From NCBI GenBank assembly GCA_016928765.1, contig JAFGKC010000036.1, positions 1 through 43,887 on the forward strand: a DNA stretch of 43,887 nucleotides, read 5' to 3'. Below are positions 1 through 8,637 of this stretch, in pieces; position 1 is the stretch's first letter; each line of letters opens with the position of its first letter. The notes below the pieces were generated by a model. The model saw nothing but the letters and a program-made list of their open reading frames with translations. It was not told the origin of the DNA and did no database searches. The translations under genes and the position numbers were made by a program. This stretch comes from Syntrophaceae bacterium (GTDB lineage Bacteria; Desulfobacterota; Syntrophia; Syntrophales; Smithellaceae).

Positions 1-29
1 AGGCGTCCCCCGGGACGCCTCTTTTTGTG
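1..29 (+). terminator. Rho-independent terminator of a + strand gene lying left of the window
   Basis: Perfect GC-rich inverted repeat AGGCGTCCC / GGGACGCCT (1-9 and 12-20) followed by CTTTTTGTG. Confidence 0.55.
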
Positions 30-92
30 CTTAGATATTATGCCTGATTTTGCTTTAATTTATCGAGTTGAATCTGTGCCTATGTCTCCACG

Positions 93-503
93 TTAATTCT
101 TGTTTTGTAATTGAAGATTGCTGGTTAAATGGTCAGCTCGTTCATAATCCTCTGCTTCGACCATAATTTGAATACTGTATGGTATTTTTGCTTCATTGAG
201 TGCCTGGAAAAACGGCTGCGCGTCTTCGGGATTGTCGATTATTATCAAAGGCAGAGCATCGCTGGGCAGCGTAATCATTTCTGCCGCTTCTTCATTATTT
301 TCTGTGTCTAATGATGTATTGACAGCAGGCGAATCTTCTTTAATATTCCTGTGCGTTGCCTCCTTTAAAATAATGTCGTAAACTCCTTCTTCAAAACTAT
401 CGTGCCCTAATCGAAGAAACTCCTTAATTACTTCATCTGATTGTTCCCTGTAATATTTCATGAGCTCTGTCTTTTTTCTCATATCCATAATGTTATTCTC
501 CAA
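93..503 (-). CDS. hypothetical acidic protein, 136 aa
   Basis: Clean ORF with a GGAGA Shine-Dalgarno sequence 9 nt upstream of the ATG. Low GC. No motif I can name with confidence. Confidence 0.5.
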   Translation of the reverse strand: MENNIMDMRKKTELMKYYREQSDEVIKEFLRLGHDSFEEGVYDIILKEATHRNIKEDSPAVNTSLDTENNEEAAEMITLPSDALPLIIIDNPEDAQPFFQALNEAKIPYSIQIMVEAEDYERADHLTSNLQLQNKN

Positions 504-565
504 TAATAAGTTGTAAGCTGACGACGAGATCAGCGACGCGGATTGCCAGCGTCCGCTGGAGCGAC

Positions 566-1642
566 TTATCGGGCAGCATTCTTATCAGTATCAGGGAGAG
601 ATCGCGGATGTTTCTGGAAAAACTCCCAAATGACATCCGTGGCCCTTATTTTGTTCGATGACTTGCCTACCATTCTTTCCGGCAAGAGGCTTTTTCCACC
701 GGCCCATGTGTGTCCCAAGCCATCGACTGCAATGTAAACAACCTCGGCGGTGCCCATGCACAAAACGTATGTTTCCATGCGCACGCCGCCAGCGTCGGAA
801 ATGCTTGCCGCCGTATCGGGACACCCAAACGCCTTGATCCATTTCCGGAGCGAATCGCGCACGGGTGGCTTTGGTTTCGCGCGCGCATGGTCGCCGGCAC
901 CGGTTGCGAGTTTCGGCACGCCACCCTCAATCAAGTTCAGCGGATCGGCCGTGCCTGTGATGTAGCACATGGAAACCGGGCGCTGGAACTTTGGAGGATC
1001 AAACCATAGCGCGCCCGCGACTGGGGCAATGGCGGCGACCCGATGCGACAATTCCGCGGCGATGCGAAAACTCATGGAGGCACCGTTGGAAAAGCCGCTG
1101 ATGAAAATCCTGCGCTGATCCAGCGTGAAGCGCGCCGCAAGATCATCGAGCATGGCGGCGATGAAGCCGACATCGTCCGGAGCCTCTTGGCCGGAATAAA
1201 ACCGATCGGAACCATCGTTCCACAGTTGAGGGTTGCCCGCAAAACTGCTTCGCCGTGCCGGATTGCGTGCCATGGCGTTGGGGAAAACAGCCAGGAAGCC
1301 CTCCTTGTCGGCCTTCTCCGCCCACCCCGTCTCCCACATTGCCGCTCTAGCGGTACCTCCACCGCCATGCAGCATGATCACCAACGGCAAAGGTGTTTGC
1401 GGCCCGTGGGAAGTGGGGACATAGACAATGTAACTCCGCTCCAAGCCGTTTACGGCGAGGGTCAGCGCGTGGCTGCCCGGTTTCACATACGTTTCCCCAC
1501 AGTAGGCAGTCTGAATATTGAACGCCAGGACAGAAGAGAAGCAGATAAGGAAAATTTTTAACGAGATCGCCATAGTCTTCCTGATCTTACGATATCTCAT
1601 TCGCGTATTACCTCCGCTGTCTTTTGCCGCCATCGATGGCAA
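566..1642 (-). CDS. secreted PHB-depolymerase-family / CE1-type esterase
   Basis: MLHGGGG oxyanion-type motif and GFSNGAS (GxSxG nucleophile elbow). N-terminal signal peptide MAISLKIFLICFSSVLAF. The likely true start is the ATG at 1600 (GGAGG 10 nt upstream); position 1642 is a TTG. About 60-67% GC, far above the neighbouring genes. Confidence 0.75.
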   Translation of the reverse strand: MPSMAAKDSGGNTRMRYRKIRKTMAISLKIFLICFSSVLAFNIQTAYCGETYVKPGSHALTLAVNGLERSYIVYVPTSHGPQTPLPLVIMLHGGGGTARAAMWETGWAEKADKEGFLAVFPNAMARNPARRSSFAGNPQLWNDGSDRFYSGQEAPDDVGFIAAMLDDLAARFTLDQRRIFISGFSNGASMSFRIAAELSHRVAAIAPVAGALWFDPPKFQRPVSMCYITGTADPLNLIEGGVPKLATGAGDHARAKPKPPVRDSLRKWIKAFGCPDTAASISDAGGVRMETYVLCMGTAEVVYIAVDGLGHTWAGGKSLLPERMVGKSSNKIRATDVIWEFFQKHPRSLPDTDKNAAR

Positions 1643-1687
1643 TCAGCCGCTCAGTTTTTTGCGTCGGCTGAATTAGCCTTGTTAGGC
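1641..1687 (-). repeat. attC-like repeat, copy G (degenerate, right end lost)
   Basis: The minus strand reads GCCTAACAAGGCTAATTCAGCCGACGCAAAAAACTGAGCGGCTGATT. The left half matches copies A, B and D (RYYYAAC-AAGG-C-AAT..AGCCGA), but there is no GTTRRRY end. Confidence 0.35.
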
Positions 1688-1693
1688 GCTTTC

Positions 1694-2173
1694 CTAAAAG
1701 CTCTGCAATGCTTTGATTACGGGGTATATCAATCCAGCGATCAAAAGCAGAGTAATGAAAGGTCGATTAATGTTTTGCCATTTATAATTCTTTTTTCTGA
1801 TGGCATCTATACTATGATTAATTCCCGAAAAAAAGAAAAAGAAAATGAAGGCAAAAAGAATAGTCAATTCCGCTTTGATACCCCATTTGCTAATATATAC
1901 AATAATCGCCACTACGGCATAAGAAAGCAAGGCGATAGCAGACTGCCTTTGATAATTACTCCCAACTTCGAACCCCTTTAGTTCTGCCGACTTTTTAGCA
2001 AAAAATATACCTTCCAAACCGGATATACCTGCAATGGTTACGATTATGATGGGTATCATGAAATGTAACTGGGCAATAGGGTTGTAGCCATCTGCAAAAC
2101 CAATTCGATAGCCAAAGAAAAACGCGATGGCAACGCCCGCAATTCGGATAATATCTAGTAACTGTAATAGCAT
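1694..2173 (-). CDS. small integral membrane protein, 159 aa, about 5 TM segments
   Basis: Hydrophobic segments run throughout. AAGGAG lies 6 nt upstream of the ATG. About 33% GC. Confidence 0.6.
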   Translation of the reverse strand: MLLQLLDIIRIAGVAIAFFFGYRIGFADGYNPIAQLHFMIPIIIVTIAGISGLEGIFFAKKSAELKGFEVGSNYQRQSAIALLSYAVVAIIVYISKWGIKAELTILFAFIFFFFFSGINHSIDAIRKKNYKWQNINRPFITLLLIAGLIYPVIKALQSF

Positions 2174-2243
2174 GACTTACTCCTTTCTCATGCCTTCGAC
2201 ACTAAAAAGGCATACCTTTTCATCGACTTATTTATTTTCTGGT

Positions 2244-2299
2244 GCCCAACGAAAAGCTCACCCGGAACGTAGTGATCGGCTGTATTGCCCTTGTTGAGC
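2244..2299 (-). repeat. attC-like repeat, copy A (56 nt)
   Basis: The minus strand reads GCTCAACAAGGGCAATACAGCCGATCACTACGTTCCGGGTGAGCTTTTCGTTGGGC. It is bounded by GCTCAAC (RYYYAAC) and GTTGGGC (GTTRRRY). Confidence 0.5.
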
Positions 2300-2331
2300 C
2301 TTTATAAAAGTGTTGCCAATGTTCGGTTCGC

Positions 2332-2862
2332 TCACTGATGATGAACAAATATCAATTTGCTTGTGTCAAAACCCAGCGTTGTTGCTTTAGCTATGAGGAT
2401 ATCCTTCAGCTCTTGTTTTATTTTAGGGCTTCGAGCTAGAATCCACAAATAAGACTTATTTGGCCCGCACACGAGCGCATGTTGATAATTTTCACGGTCA
2501 AGTTCAAATACGACATAAGAACTATAAAAGGGCCCAAAGAAAGAAACTTTCAAGTAACCTTGATCTGGGCTTTTAACGAATAAGGCCTTTCCTTCAGCTT
2601 CTTTCCATTTTTTTTCTTTTTCAGAGTAACCGCGGTTTAACACCCTGACGCTGCCGTCGTCTCGCAAACTATAGTTTGCCGTTACTTGGCTCAACCCCCG
2701 TTCAAAATAATAATCCAAACGGGCAATTTCGTACCACTGCCCTAAATATTTGTCTAATTTGAAATTATCAACTGGTTTTACATTTTCTGGTATTCCAGCG
2801 CAACCAGCTAAGAACAGAAAAAATATTATTGCTATCTTGTTCATCTCTGTTTCTCCCTTCAA
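2332..2862 (-). CDS. blc: bacterial lipocalin (outer-membrane lipoprotein Blc family)
   Basis: Lipobox LFLAGC, then the lipocalin signature DKYLGQWYEIARLD with YFERG. The likely start is the ATG at 2844; position 2862 is a TTG abutting repeat B. Confidence 0.85.
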   Translation of the reverse strand: MKGETEMNKIAIIFFLFLAGCAGIPENVKPVDNFKLDKYLGQWYEIARLDYYFERGLSQVTANYSLRDDGSVRVLNRGYSEKEKKWKEAEGKALFVKSPDQGYLKVSFFGPFYSSYVVFELDRENYQHALVCGPNKSYLWILARSPKIKQELKDILIAKATTLGFDTSKLIFVHHQ

Positions 2863-2863
2863 A

Positions 2864-2919
2864 GCCTAACGAAAAAATCAGCCGGAGCGTAGCGATCGGG
2901 TGTATTGCTTTTGTTATAG
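2864..2919 (-). repeat. attC-like repeat, copy B (56 nt)
   Basis: The minus strand reads CTATAACAAAAGCAATACACCCGATCGCTACGCTCCGGCTGATTTTTTCGTTAGGC. The TAA stop of ORF 2914-3276 lies inside the left box, and the copy ends in GTTAGGC. Confidence 0.5.
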
Positions 2920-3276
2920 ATCTTTTTTCATTTCAATTAATGAACCGTCTTTGTTTACCCAGTATATTTTCCATGTGATATTGGTCGTGGGCAATTTAAT
3001 TTTCGTTTCAATGTCATTGCTAAGCAAAAGTGTGCCGAAAACATAAATTGTATCTTTTTCAATTTTCGCATGTGGCTTAACAAAGCAAGCAGAAGCAGCC
3101 TTGCTAGACCCACCCTTTAAGAATAATTGGTCTTGAATAATTTTTACTGATGGTGGCGTGAATAATTCATCATAGTTTACTTCCGGTTTTGGACAACCTG
3201 CAAGTAAAAGAACAAATAAAATTAATATTGTCTTCGTGGTAATATTTTTCATTTTACCCTTACATAAAGAAAACAT
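2914..3276 (-). CDS. small lipoprotein, hypothetical
   Basis: Signal peptide with lipobox LLLAGC. The probable start is the ATG at 3252 (MKNITTK...), because the first ATG lies inside repeat C. Confidence 0.55.
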   Translation of the reverse strand: MFSLCKGKMKNITTKTILILFVLLLAGCPKPEVNYDELFTPPSVKIIQDQLFLKGGSSKAASACFVKPHAKIEKDTIYVFGTLLLSNDIETKIKLPTTNITWKIYWVNKDGSLIEMKKDL

Positions 3277-3316
3277 CAGCCGGAGCGTTAATGATCGGCT
3301 ATATTGTTTTTTATAC
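3263..3316 (-). repeat. attC-like repeat, copy C (54 nt, right box degenerate)
   Basis: The minus strand reads GTATAAAAAACAATATAGCCGATCATTAACGCTCCGGCTGATGTTTTCTTTATG. The TAA stop of ORF 3311-4138 lies inside its left end. Confidence 0.4.
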
Positions 3317-4138
3317 TGTTTTTTTATTTAATAATGTTTTGTGTACCATTACTTCAACTATCCATATACTGGCTGTTACGAATACAACATCAATAATAAT
3401 TCGTAAGAATAAATCTAAAACTGACACTTGCAAGTAAACTAATACAAACAAATTATAAATTAGCCAATAACTCCCGAAAGTTAAACATCCAAATCGGATC
3501 GCGCGTATTACGGTAGGAATGTCATTTCTCTCTTCCCGTAAAAGCTTATACATTAGACTAAGCCATATTCCGATACCCAGAGTCCAGGAAAAAGTTTCCC
3601 ACGGCTTTTGCGTATAAGCTGATAAAACATGAATTACGTCATAGCTTAAATATCGTCCGATTAGAAAAAATAGCGGAACCAGTACAAAGGGCTTCCATGT
3701 TAATTTATTTTGCTGACTTATATTCAGCTTCCCGGTACCCGTCATCAGCGATAGCATTAATGCTAACAAGACTAAAGATGCCCCGTCAGCGGCACCTCCG
3801 CGAAGTTCATTCAGCAGTGAAGAGTCAAAGACGAGATTCATTTCAATGATTGCCAAAAAAGTCAGGATGCCAAAGGCAATACCAAAACGCCATCCTTTTA
3901 CGGTCTTTGTTCCAGGCAAATATTTCTGAATCAGGACAAATACTATTGCTACAGTCGTAAAGAAAACAATGAGCATTGCAGTAGCTGCAGGCAAGATCAA
4001 CCCTTTTTCCGCTAAAATACTGGGACGAAAATTGTAGTTAATGCGCGGCACAAAAAGAATATGCAGGATCACATCCGCGAATACCGCAATGATAATACAA
4101 ATAACCACTTTCCAGTAATTTGATTTTAATATGGTCAT
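3311..4138 (-). CDS. polytopic membrane protein, 275 aa, about 8 TM segments, hypothetical
   Basis: Long hydrophobic stretches. A GGGAGAG Shine-Dalgarno sequence lies upstream. About 30% GC. Confidence 0.6.
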   Translation of the reverse strand: MTILKSNYWKVVICIIIAVFADVILHILFVPRINYNFRPSILAEKGLILPAATAMLIVFFTTVAIVFVLIQKYLPGTKTVKGWRFGIAFGILTFLAIIEMNLVFDSSLLNELRGGAADGASLVLLALMLSLMTGTGKLNISQQNKLTWKPFVLVPLFFLIGRYLSYDVIHVLSAYTQKPWETFSWTLGIGIWLSLMYKLLREERNDIPTVIRAIRFGCLTFGSYWLIYNLFVLVYLQVSVLDLFLRIIIDVVFVTASIWIVEVMVHKTLLNKKTV

Positions 4139-4229
4139 TTATTTACACTCTCCCGAAATATGACATTACATTGCGTATGACAATTAATATACATAGAAAG
4201 AGAAAACTATGAAAACAGAATTTAATTAT

Positions 4230-4316
4230 TTTTCTGGATTCCCCGGTCGCGCCGGGGAATGACAGTTGAGTGATTTATTTTATTTCCGCGTGATAGCTTT
4301 GCAGTGATTTTGCCCG
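4230..4316. repeat. 87-nt direct repeat, copy 1: duplicate of the carB 3' end plus its downstream hairpin
   Basis: Matches 4796-4882 apart from an ~11-nt divergent core. It still encodes [13 protein letters not shown]-stop, the last 13 codons of carB, with one synonymous change. It contains the hairpin GGATTCCCCGG-TCGCG-CCGGGGAATGAC (4236-4265). Confidence 0.85.
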
Positions 4317-4322
4317 GCAAGT

Positions 4323-4508
4323 TCAATGTGCGCTTCCTTTGAGCATTTTAATAATGTGTTTTGCTAAAGTGTCTTTGATTTCATTGTGCCGGGGAATCGG
4401 TTGAGATATTTTTGTTTGAGGATTCTGGTACCAATCGTGTCTACCTCCATGACGAATGAATACGCATTCCATTTGTTCAAGAGAACGAATCAAATCTTTA
4501 CGCTTCAT
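4323..4508 (-). CDS. hicA: HicA-family mRNA interferase toxin
   Basis: 61 aa. Typical HicA pattern (MKRKDLIRSLEQ...FIRHGGRHDWY...IPRH.EI), with a 4-nt ATGA overlap onto the upstream antitoxin gene. Confidence 0.85.
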   Translation of the reverse strand: MKRKDLIRSLEQMECVFIRHGGRHDWYQNPQTKISQPIPRHNEIKDTLAKHIIKMLKGSAH

Positions 4509-4696
4509 GCGACGCGAAGTTCCCCGACACGAATAACATGAGGGATTTTACCGCCGGTTAATTCTTCGTAAATATCTTTAAGATTTTCCTTTAATTCATC
4601 AAGCGTTTCCCCCTGTGTTTTATAATCAGGAAATTCTTCAAGCCAGCCCACGAACATATCGTCTTCTTGATAATAGACAAATTTTTTATTTTCCAT
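4505..4696 (-). CDS. hicB: HicB-like (UPF0150) antitoxin
   Basis: 63 aa. Contains F.G...EFP...TQGETLDEL..NLK..I, typical of the HicB N-terminal domain. Translationally coupled to hicA. Confidence 0.8.
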   Translation of the reverse strand: MENKKFVYYQEDDMFVGWLEEFPDYKTQGETLDELKENLKDIYEELTGGKIPHVIRVGELRVA

Positions 4697-4717
4697 TCAA
4701 ATCACCTTATTTAGGTT

Positions 4718-4740
4718 TGATGTTTCATAATATTACATCA
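4718..4740 (-). promoter_or_regulatory. candidate hicBA operator / promoter
   Basis: Inverted repeat TGATGT-N11-ACATCA overlaps a minus-strand TAATAT -10-like hexamer (4730-4735), about 25-45 nt upstream of hicB. Confidence 0.3.
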
Positions 4741-4795
4741 TTTAAAAAAAAATAAAAAGGCAATATTTTGCTATAGAGGCAGAGTGATTTGGTAA

Positions 4796-4882
4796 TTTTC
4801 TGGATTACCCGGTCGCGCCGGGTAATGACAGCACAGTTTTTTATTTTATTTCCGCGTGATAGCTTTGCAGTGATTTCGCCCG
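4796..4882. repeat. 87-nt direct repeat, copy 2 (functional carB 3' end plus downstream hairpin)
   Basis: Partner of 4230-4316. It contains the hairpin GGATTACCCGG-TCGCG-CCGGGTAATGAC (4802-4831). Confidence 0.85.
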
Positions 4883-7800
4883 TCCGTGTCCTTCGCGGAA
4901 CGCGGCAATTCCTTTGACGGCGGCAACCGCGGCGGCGGCGGTGGTAATATAAGGTATTTTATATTTGATCGCCGCTTTGCGGATGTAGGAATCGTCATGC
5001 TTGCTCAAACGCCCTGCCGGTGTGTTAATGACCAGTTGTATCTCGCCGTTTTTAATCGCATCGACAATGTTGGGGCGTCCTTCGTGCATTTTAAAAATTG
5101 GCTCAGATGAAATTCCTTTTTCGGCCAAAATTTTATTTGTTCCCTCGGTAGCCCTGATTTTGAAGCCGATTTTTTCAAAAGCGCGCGCCACTTCCAGCAT
5201 GCCGCTTTTGTCTATGTCCGCCACGGTGATAAGCACCGCTCCTTCGCCGGGAAGGCTCTGTCCCGTGGCTTCCTGCGCCTTGAAATACGCCAGGCCGAAA
5301 GAATCGGCCAGCCCCAAAACTTCTCCGGTAGAGCGCATTTCCGGACCCAGCACGGGATCAACTTCCTGATACATGTTAAAGGGGAAAACCGCTTCTTTCA
5401 CGCCGAAGTGGCGCAAAACTCTGGTTTTCAAATTTAAATCCTTAAGCTTTTTACCCAGCATGATTTGCGCGGCTACACGCGCCATGGAAATGTTGCACAC
5501 TTTGGAAACCAGCGGCACGGTGCGTGAAGCGCGCGGATTTGCTTCCAGTATATAAACAATATCGCTAGCGATGGCGTATTGAATATTCATTAAACCGACG
5601 ACGCCGAACTCGATAGCAATCTTTTTTGTGTAGTCATTAATTGTATGGATGTGTTTGGCCGGGATGCTGATGGGCGGAATCACACACGCCGAATCGCCGG
5701 AATGAACACCGGCAAGTTCAATATGTTCCATCACCGCCGGCACAAAAGCGTCTGTGCCGTCAGAAATTGCGTCTGCTTCCACTTCAATGGCGTTTTCTAA
5801 AAATTTGTCAATCAAGATGGGACGCTCCGGCGTAACGCCTACCGCGGCGGCAACATATCTTTTGAGCATTTCTTCATCATGAACAACTTCCATGCCGCGC
5901 CCGCCCAAAACGTAAGATGGGCGTACCATCAGCGGATAGCCGATTTTTCCGGCAACTTTGAGCGCTTGCTCCAGATTACTAGCCATTCCTGATTCCGGCA
6001 TGGGAATGCCCAGCTTATCCATCATTTCGCGAAAACGGTCGCGGTCTTCGGCTAGATCTATAGTTTCCGGCGATGTGCCGATAATTTTAACGCCGGCCTT
6101 CGCGAGCTCCGCCGCGATGTTCAATGGTGTCTGCCCGCCGAATTGACAAATCACGCCTTCGGGTTTTTCCTTTTCGTATATACTCAAAACGTCTTCCACG
6201 GTGAGCGGTTCGAAATAAAGTTTGTCGGATGTATCGTAATCGGTGGAGACGGTTTCCGGGTTACAGTTGACCATGATGGATTCAAAGCCTTCATCGCGCA
6301 GGGCGAAAGCCGCGTGCACACAGCAATAGTCAAACTCAATGCCTTGGCCGATACGGTTGGGCCCGCCGCCCAACACCATAATCTTGCGGCGGTTATCTAC
6401 GGATACTTTATCCGGCGCGTTGTAGGTGGAATAATAATAAGCCGCGTTTTCCACGCCGCTTACCGGCACGGCATCCCATGCCTCGGCAAGTCCCGCGGCC
6501 AGGCGCTGTTTGCGTATTTCTTCTTCTTTCTTTCCTAAAATTTGTGCGAGATACCTGTCGGCAAAACCGTCTTTTTTTGCCTGAATTAATAAATTATCAG
6601 GAAGCGATTTTCCTTTATAAGCAAGAATCTTTTCTTCCAATTCCACCAGTTCTTTCATCTGCTGGATGAACCATTTTTTAATGTACGTTTTAGCATGCAG
6701 CGCTTCCACTGTAACGCCTTTGCGCAGAGCTTCATACATGATGAATTGGCGTTCACTGGATGGTTCGGCAAGCATTTCCATTAAATCTTCAAGCGGTTTT
6801 TTGTTAAAGTCTTTGGCAAAGCCCAGACCGTAGCGGCCTTTCTCCAGGGAACGGATAGATTTAAGAAATGCCTCCTTGTAATTTTTGCCGATGCTCATTA
6901 CTTCGCCCACGGCGCGCATCTGCGTGCCGAGTTTATCCTGCGCGCCGGGGAATTTTTCAAAATCCCACCGGGCGAATTTTACCACCACATAGTCGCCGGA
7001 GGGCGTGTATTTATCCAAAGTGCCTTCACGCCAGTAGGGAATTTCATCGAGCGTTAAACCGGCGGCTAGCATCGAGGAAATCATGGCGATAGGGAAGCCG
7101 GTGGCTTTGGAAGCCAGCGCGGAGGAGCGCGATGTGCGCGGATTAATTTCAATCACCACCACTCTGTCGGTTTTGGGATCATGCGCGAATTGAACGTTTG
7201 TGCCGCCGATAACCTGAATTGCCTCCACGATATCATAAGAATACTTTTGCAGGCGTTTCTGCAGTTCTTCCGAGATGGTCAGCATGGGCGCGGTACAGTA
7301 GGAATCGCCGGTGTGCACACCCATGGCATCGACATTTTCAATAAAGCAAACGGTAATCATCTGGCCTTTGGCGTCGCGGACAACTTCCAGCTCCAGTTCC
7401 TCCCAGCCGATGACAGACTCTTCAATGAGTATCTGGCCGATTAAGCTTGCCGAAATTCCACGACTCGCGATAAGTCTAAGCTCTTCCAGATTATATACGA
7501 TGCCGCCGCCCGTGCCGCCCATAGTGTAAGCCGGACGGACGACCACCGGGTAGCCAAGCCCTGCGGCGATTTTTTCCGCCTCTTCCACAGTTGTGGCCGG
7601 TTCGCTTTTGGCATTTCGATGCCCAGCTTGTTCATCGTTTCTTTAAAAGCTATTCTATCCTCGCCGCGCTCGATAGCGTCCACCTGCACGCCGATAACTT
7701 TTACATTGTGTCTTTTTAAAATTCCCTTTTTGTGCAGCTCTGATGTCAGATTAAGGCCGGTCTGGCCGCCGAGGTTAGGCAGGATGGCATCCGGTTTTTC

Positions 7801-8040
7801 GTTTTCGATAATTTCGGTCAGCGCCTGTATGTTTAGGGGCTCGATATAAGTTACATCAGCCATGCCAGGATCGGTCATGATTGTTGCCGGATTAGAATTT
7901 ACCAGCACAACTGCATAACCAAGTTTGCGCAGCGCCTTGCAGGCCTGGGTGCCGGAATAGTCAAATTCACACGCTTGCCCGATAACGATAGGGCCGGAGC
8001 CGATAATCAGTACTTTTTTAATGTCGTCGCGTTTTCCCAT
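4841..8040 (-). CDS. carB: carbamoyl-phosphate synthase large subunit, split by a 1-nt frameshift at 7606-7609 (possible pseudogene or homopolymer sequencing error)
   Basis: The 199-aa ORF (7441-8040) carries the CarB N-terminus ([21 protein letters not shown]). The 915-aa ORF (4841-7588) carries the rest (two ATP-grasp halves and an MGS-like C-terminus). Adding one A to the A4 run restores ...[31 protein letters not shown]..., giving a total of 1066 aa. Confidence 0.9.
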
Positions 8041-8085
8041 TCGTGTTTTTAATCCTTAATTAAGTATTTATTACTGTAAATTTTT

Positions 8086-8490
8086 TTATTTTTTGTATTC
8101 GGCATCAATCGTGATGCCGATTCCGCCGCGCACGGCAAACTGCGCGCTTACTTTGCACCAGCGAGGCTTTAGCGCCGCGACCAGATCATCCAGAATAACG
8201 TTAGCCACGTGTTCATGAAAAACACCTTCATCGCGGAAAGACCACAGATAAAATTTGAGCGATTTTGATTCGATAATTTTTTTATCCGGAATGTACTCAA
8301 TTTTTATCTTGGCAAAATCCGGCTGGCCGGTTTTGGGGCAGATGCAAGTAAATTCTTCGGTTTGAAGTGTTACCACATAATCACGCCCGGGGTGATGATT
8401 GGGAAAAGTTTCTAATTTTTTTGAAGGTTTTACCAATTTGCCCAGAAGCGTCAATCCGGCAAGGTCGGTTTTTTTGGTGCTTTCAGCCAT
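8086..8490 (-). CDS. queF: NADPH-dependent 7-cyano-7-deazaguanine (preQ0) reductase, unimodular type
   Basis: Catalytic Cys context [14 protein letters not shown] and the QueF motif [13 protein letters not shown]. Confidence 0.9.
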   Translation of the reverse strand: MAESTKKTDLAGLTLLGKLVKPSKKLETFPNHHPGRDYVVTLQTEEFTCICPKTGQPDFAKIKIEYIPDKKIIESKSLKFYLWSFRDEGVFHEHVANVILDDLVAALKPRWCKVSAQFAVRGGIGITIDAEYKK

Positions 8491-8637
8491 GAAATTTTCC
8501 TGATTAAAAAGAGTATATCCCTTTACCGAAAGTCCGCCATAATTTCAAGAACATTCGTCAGTATGGCCAAAAAAGTGTCTTTATTCTGGTCTTTATGGTA
8601 AATTAGCAAATAAAACAAAAAAGGAGAACCCCTGAAT

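Larger units (their letters stand above)
1641..4228 (-). mobile_element. integron-like gene cassette array (CALIN-type, no intI in the window), minus-strand orientation
   Basis: Four consecutive low-GC ORFs, each followed by a copy of the same attC-like repeat (copies C, B, A, G). See the repeat features and findings. Confidence 0.45.

Noticed and set aside
504-565. A possible attC-like copy downstream of the esterase gene.
   Set aside because: Only a short GGCAATCCG match and unrelated small hairpins are present, with no RYYYAAC/GTTRRRY boundaries.
7441-7605. The C-terminal tail of the 199-aa ORF ([20 protein letters not shown]...) as genuine coding sequence, or a programmed frameshift in carB.
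   Set aside because: The tail has no CarB similarity and overlaps the frame that does. No slippery-site or stimulator context is evident, and programmed frameshifting is not known for carB. A 1-nt indel explains it.
8491-8637. A preQ1 riboswitch upstream of queF.
   Set aside because: I could find no P1 stem or A-rich tail resembling preQ1-I/II/III consensus on the minus strand. The region looks like a plain divergent promoter region.
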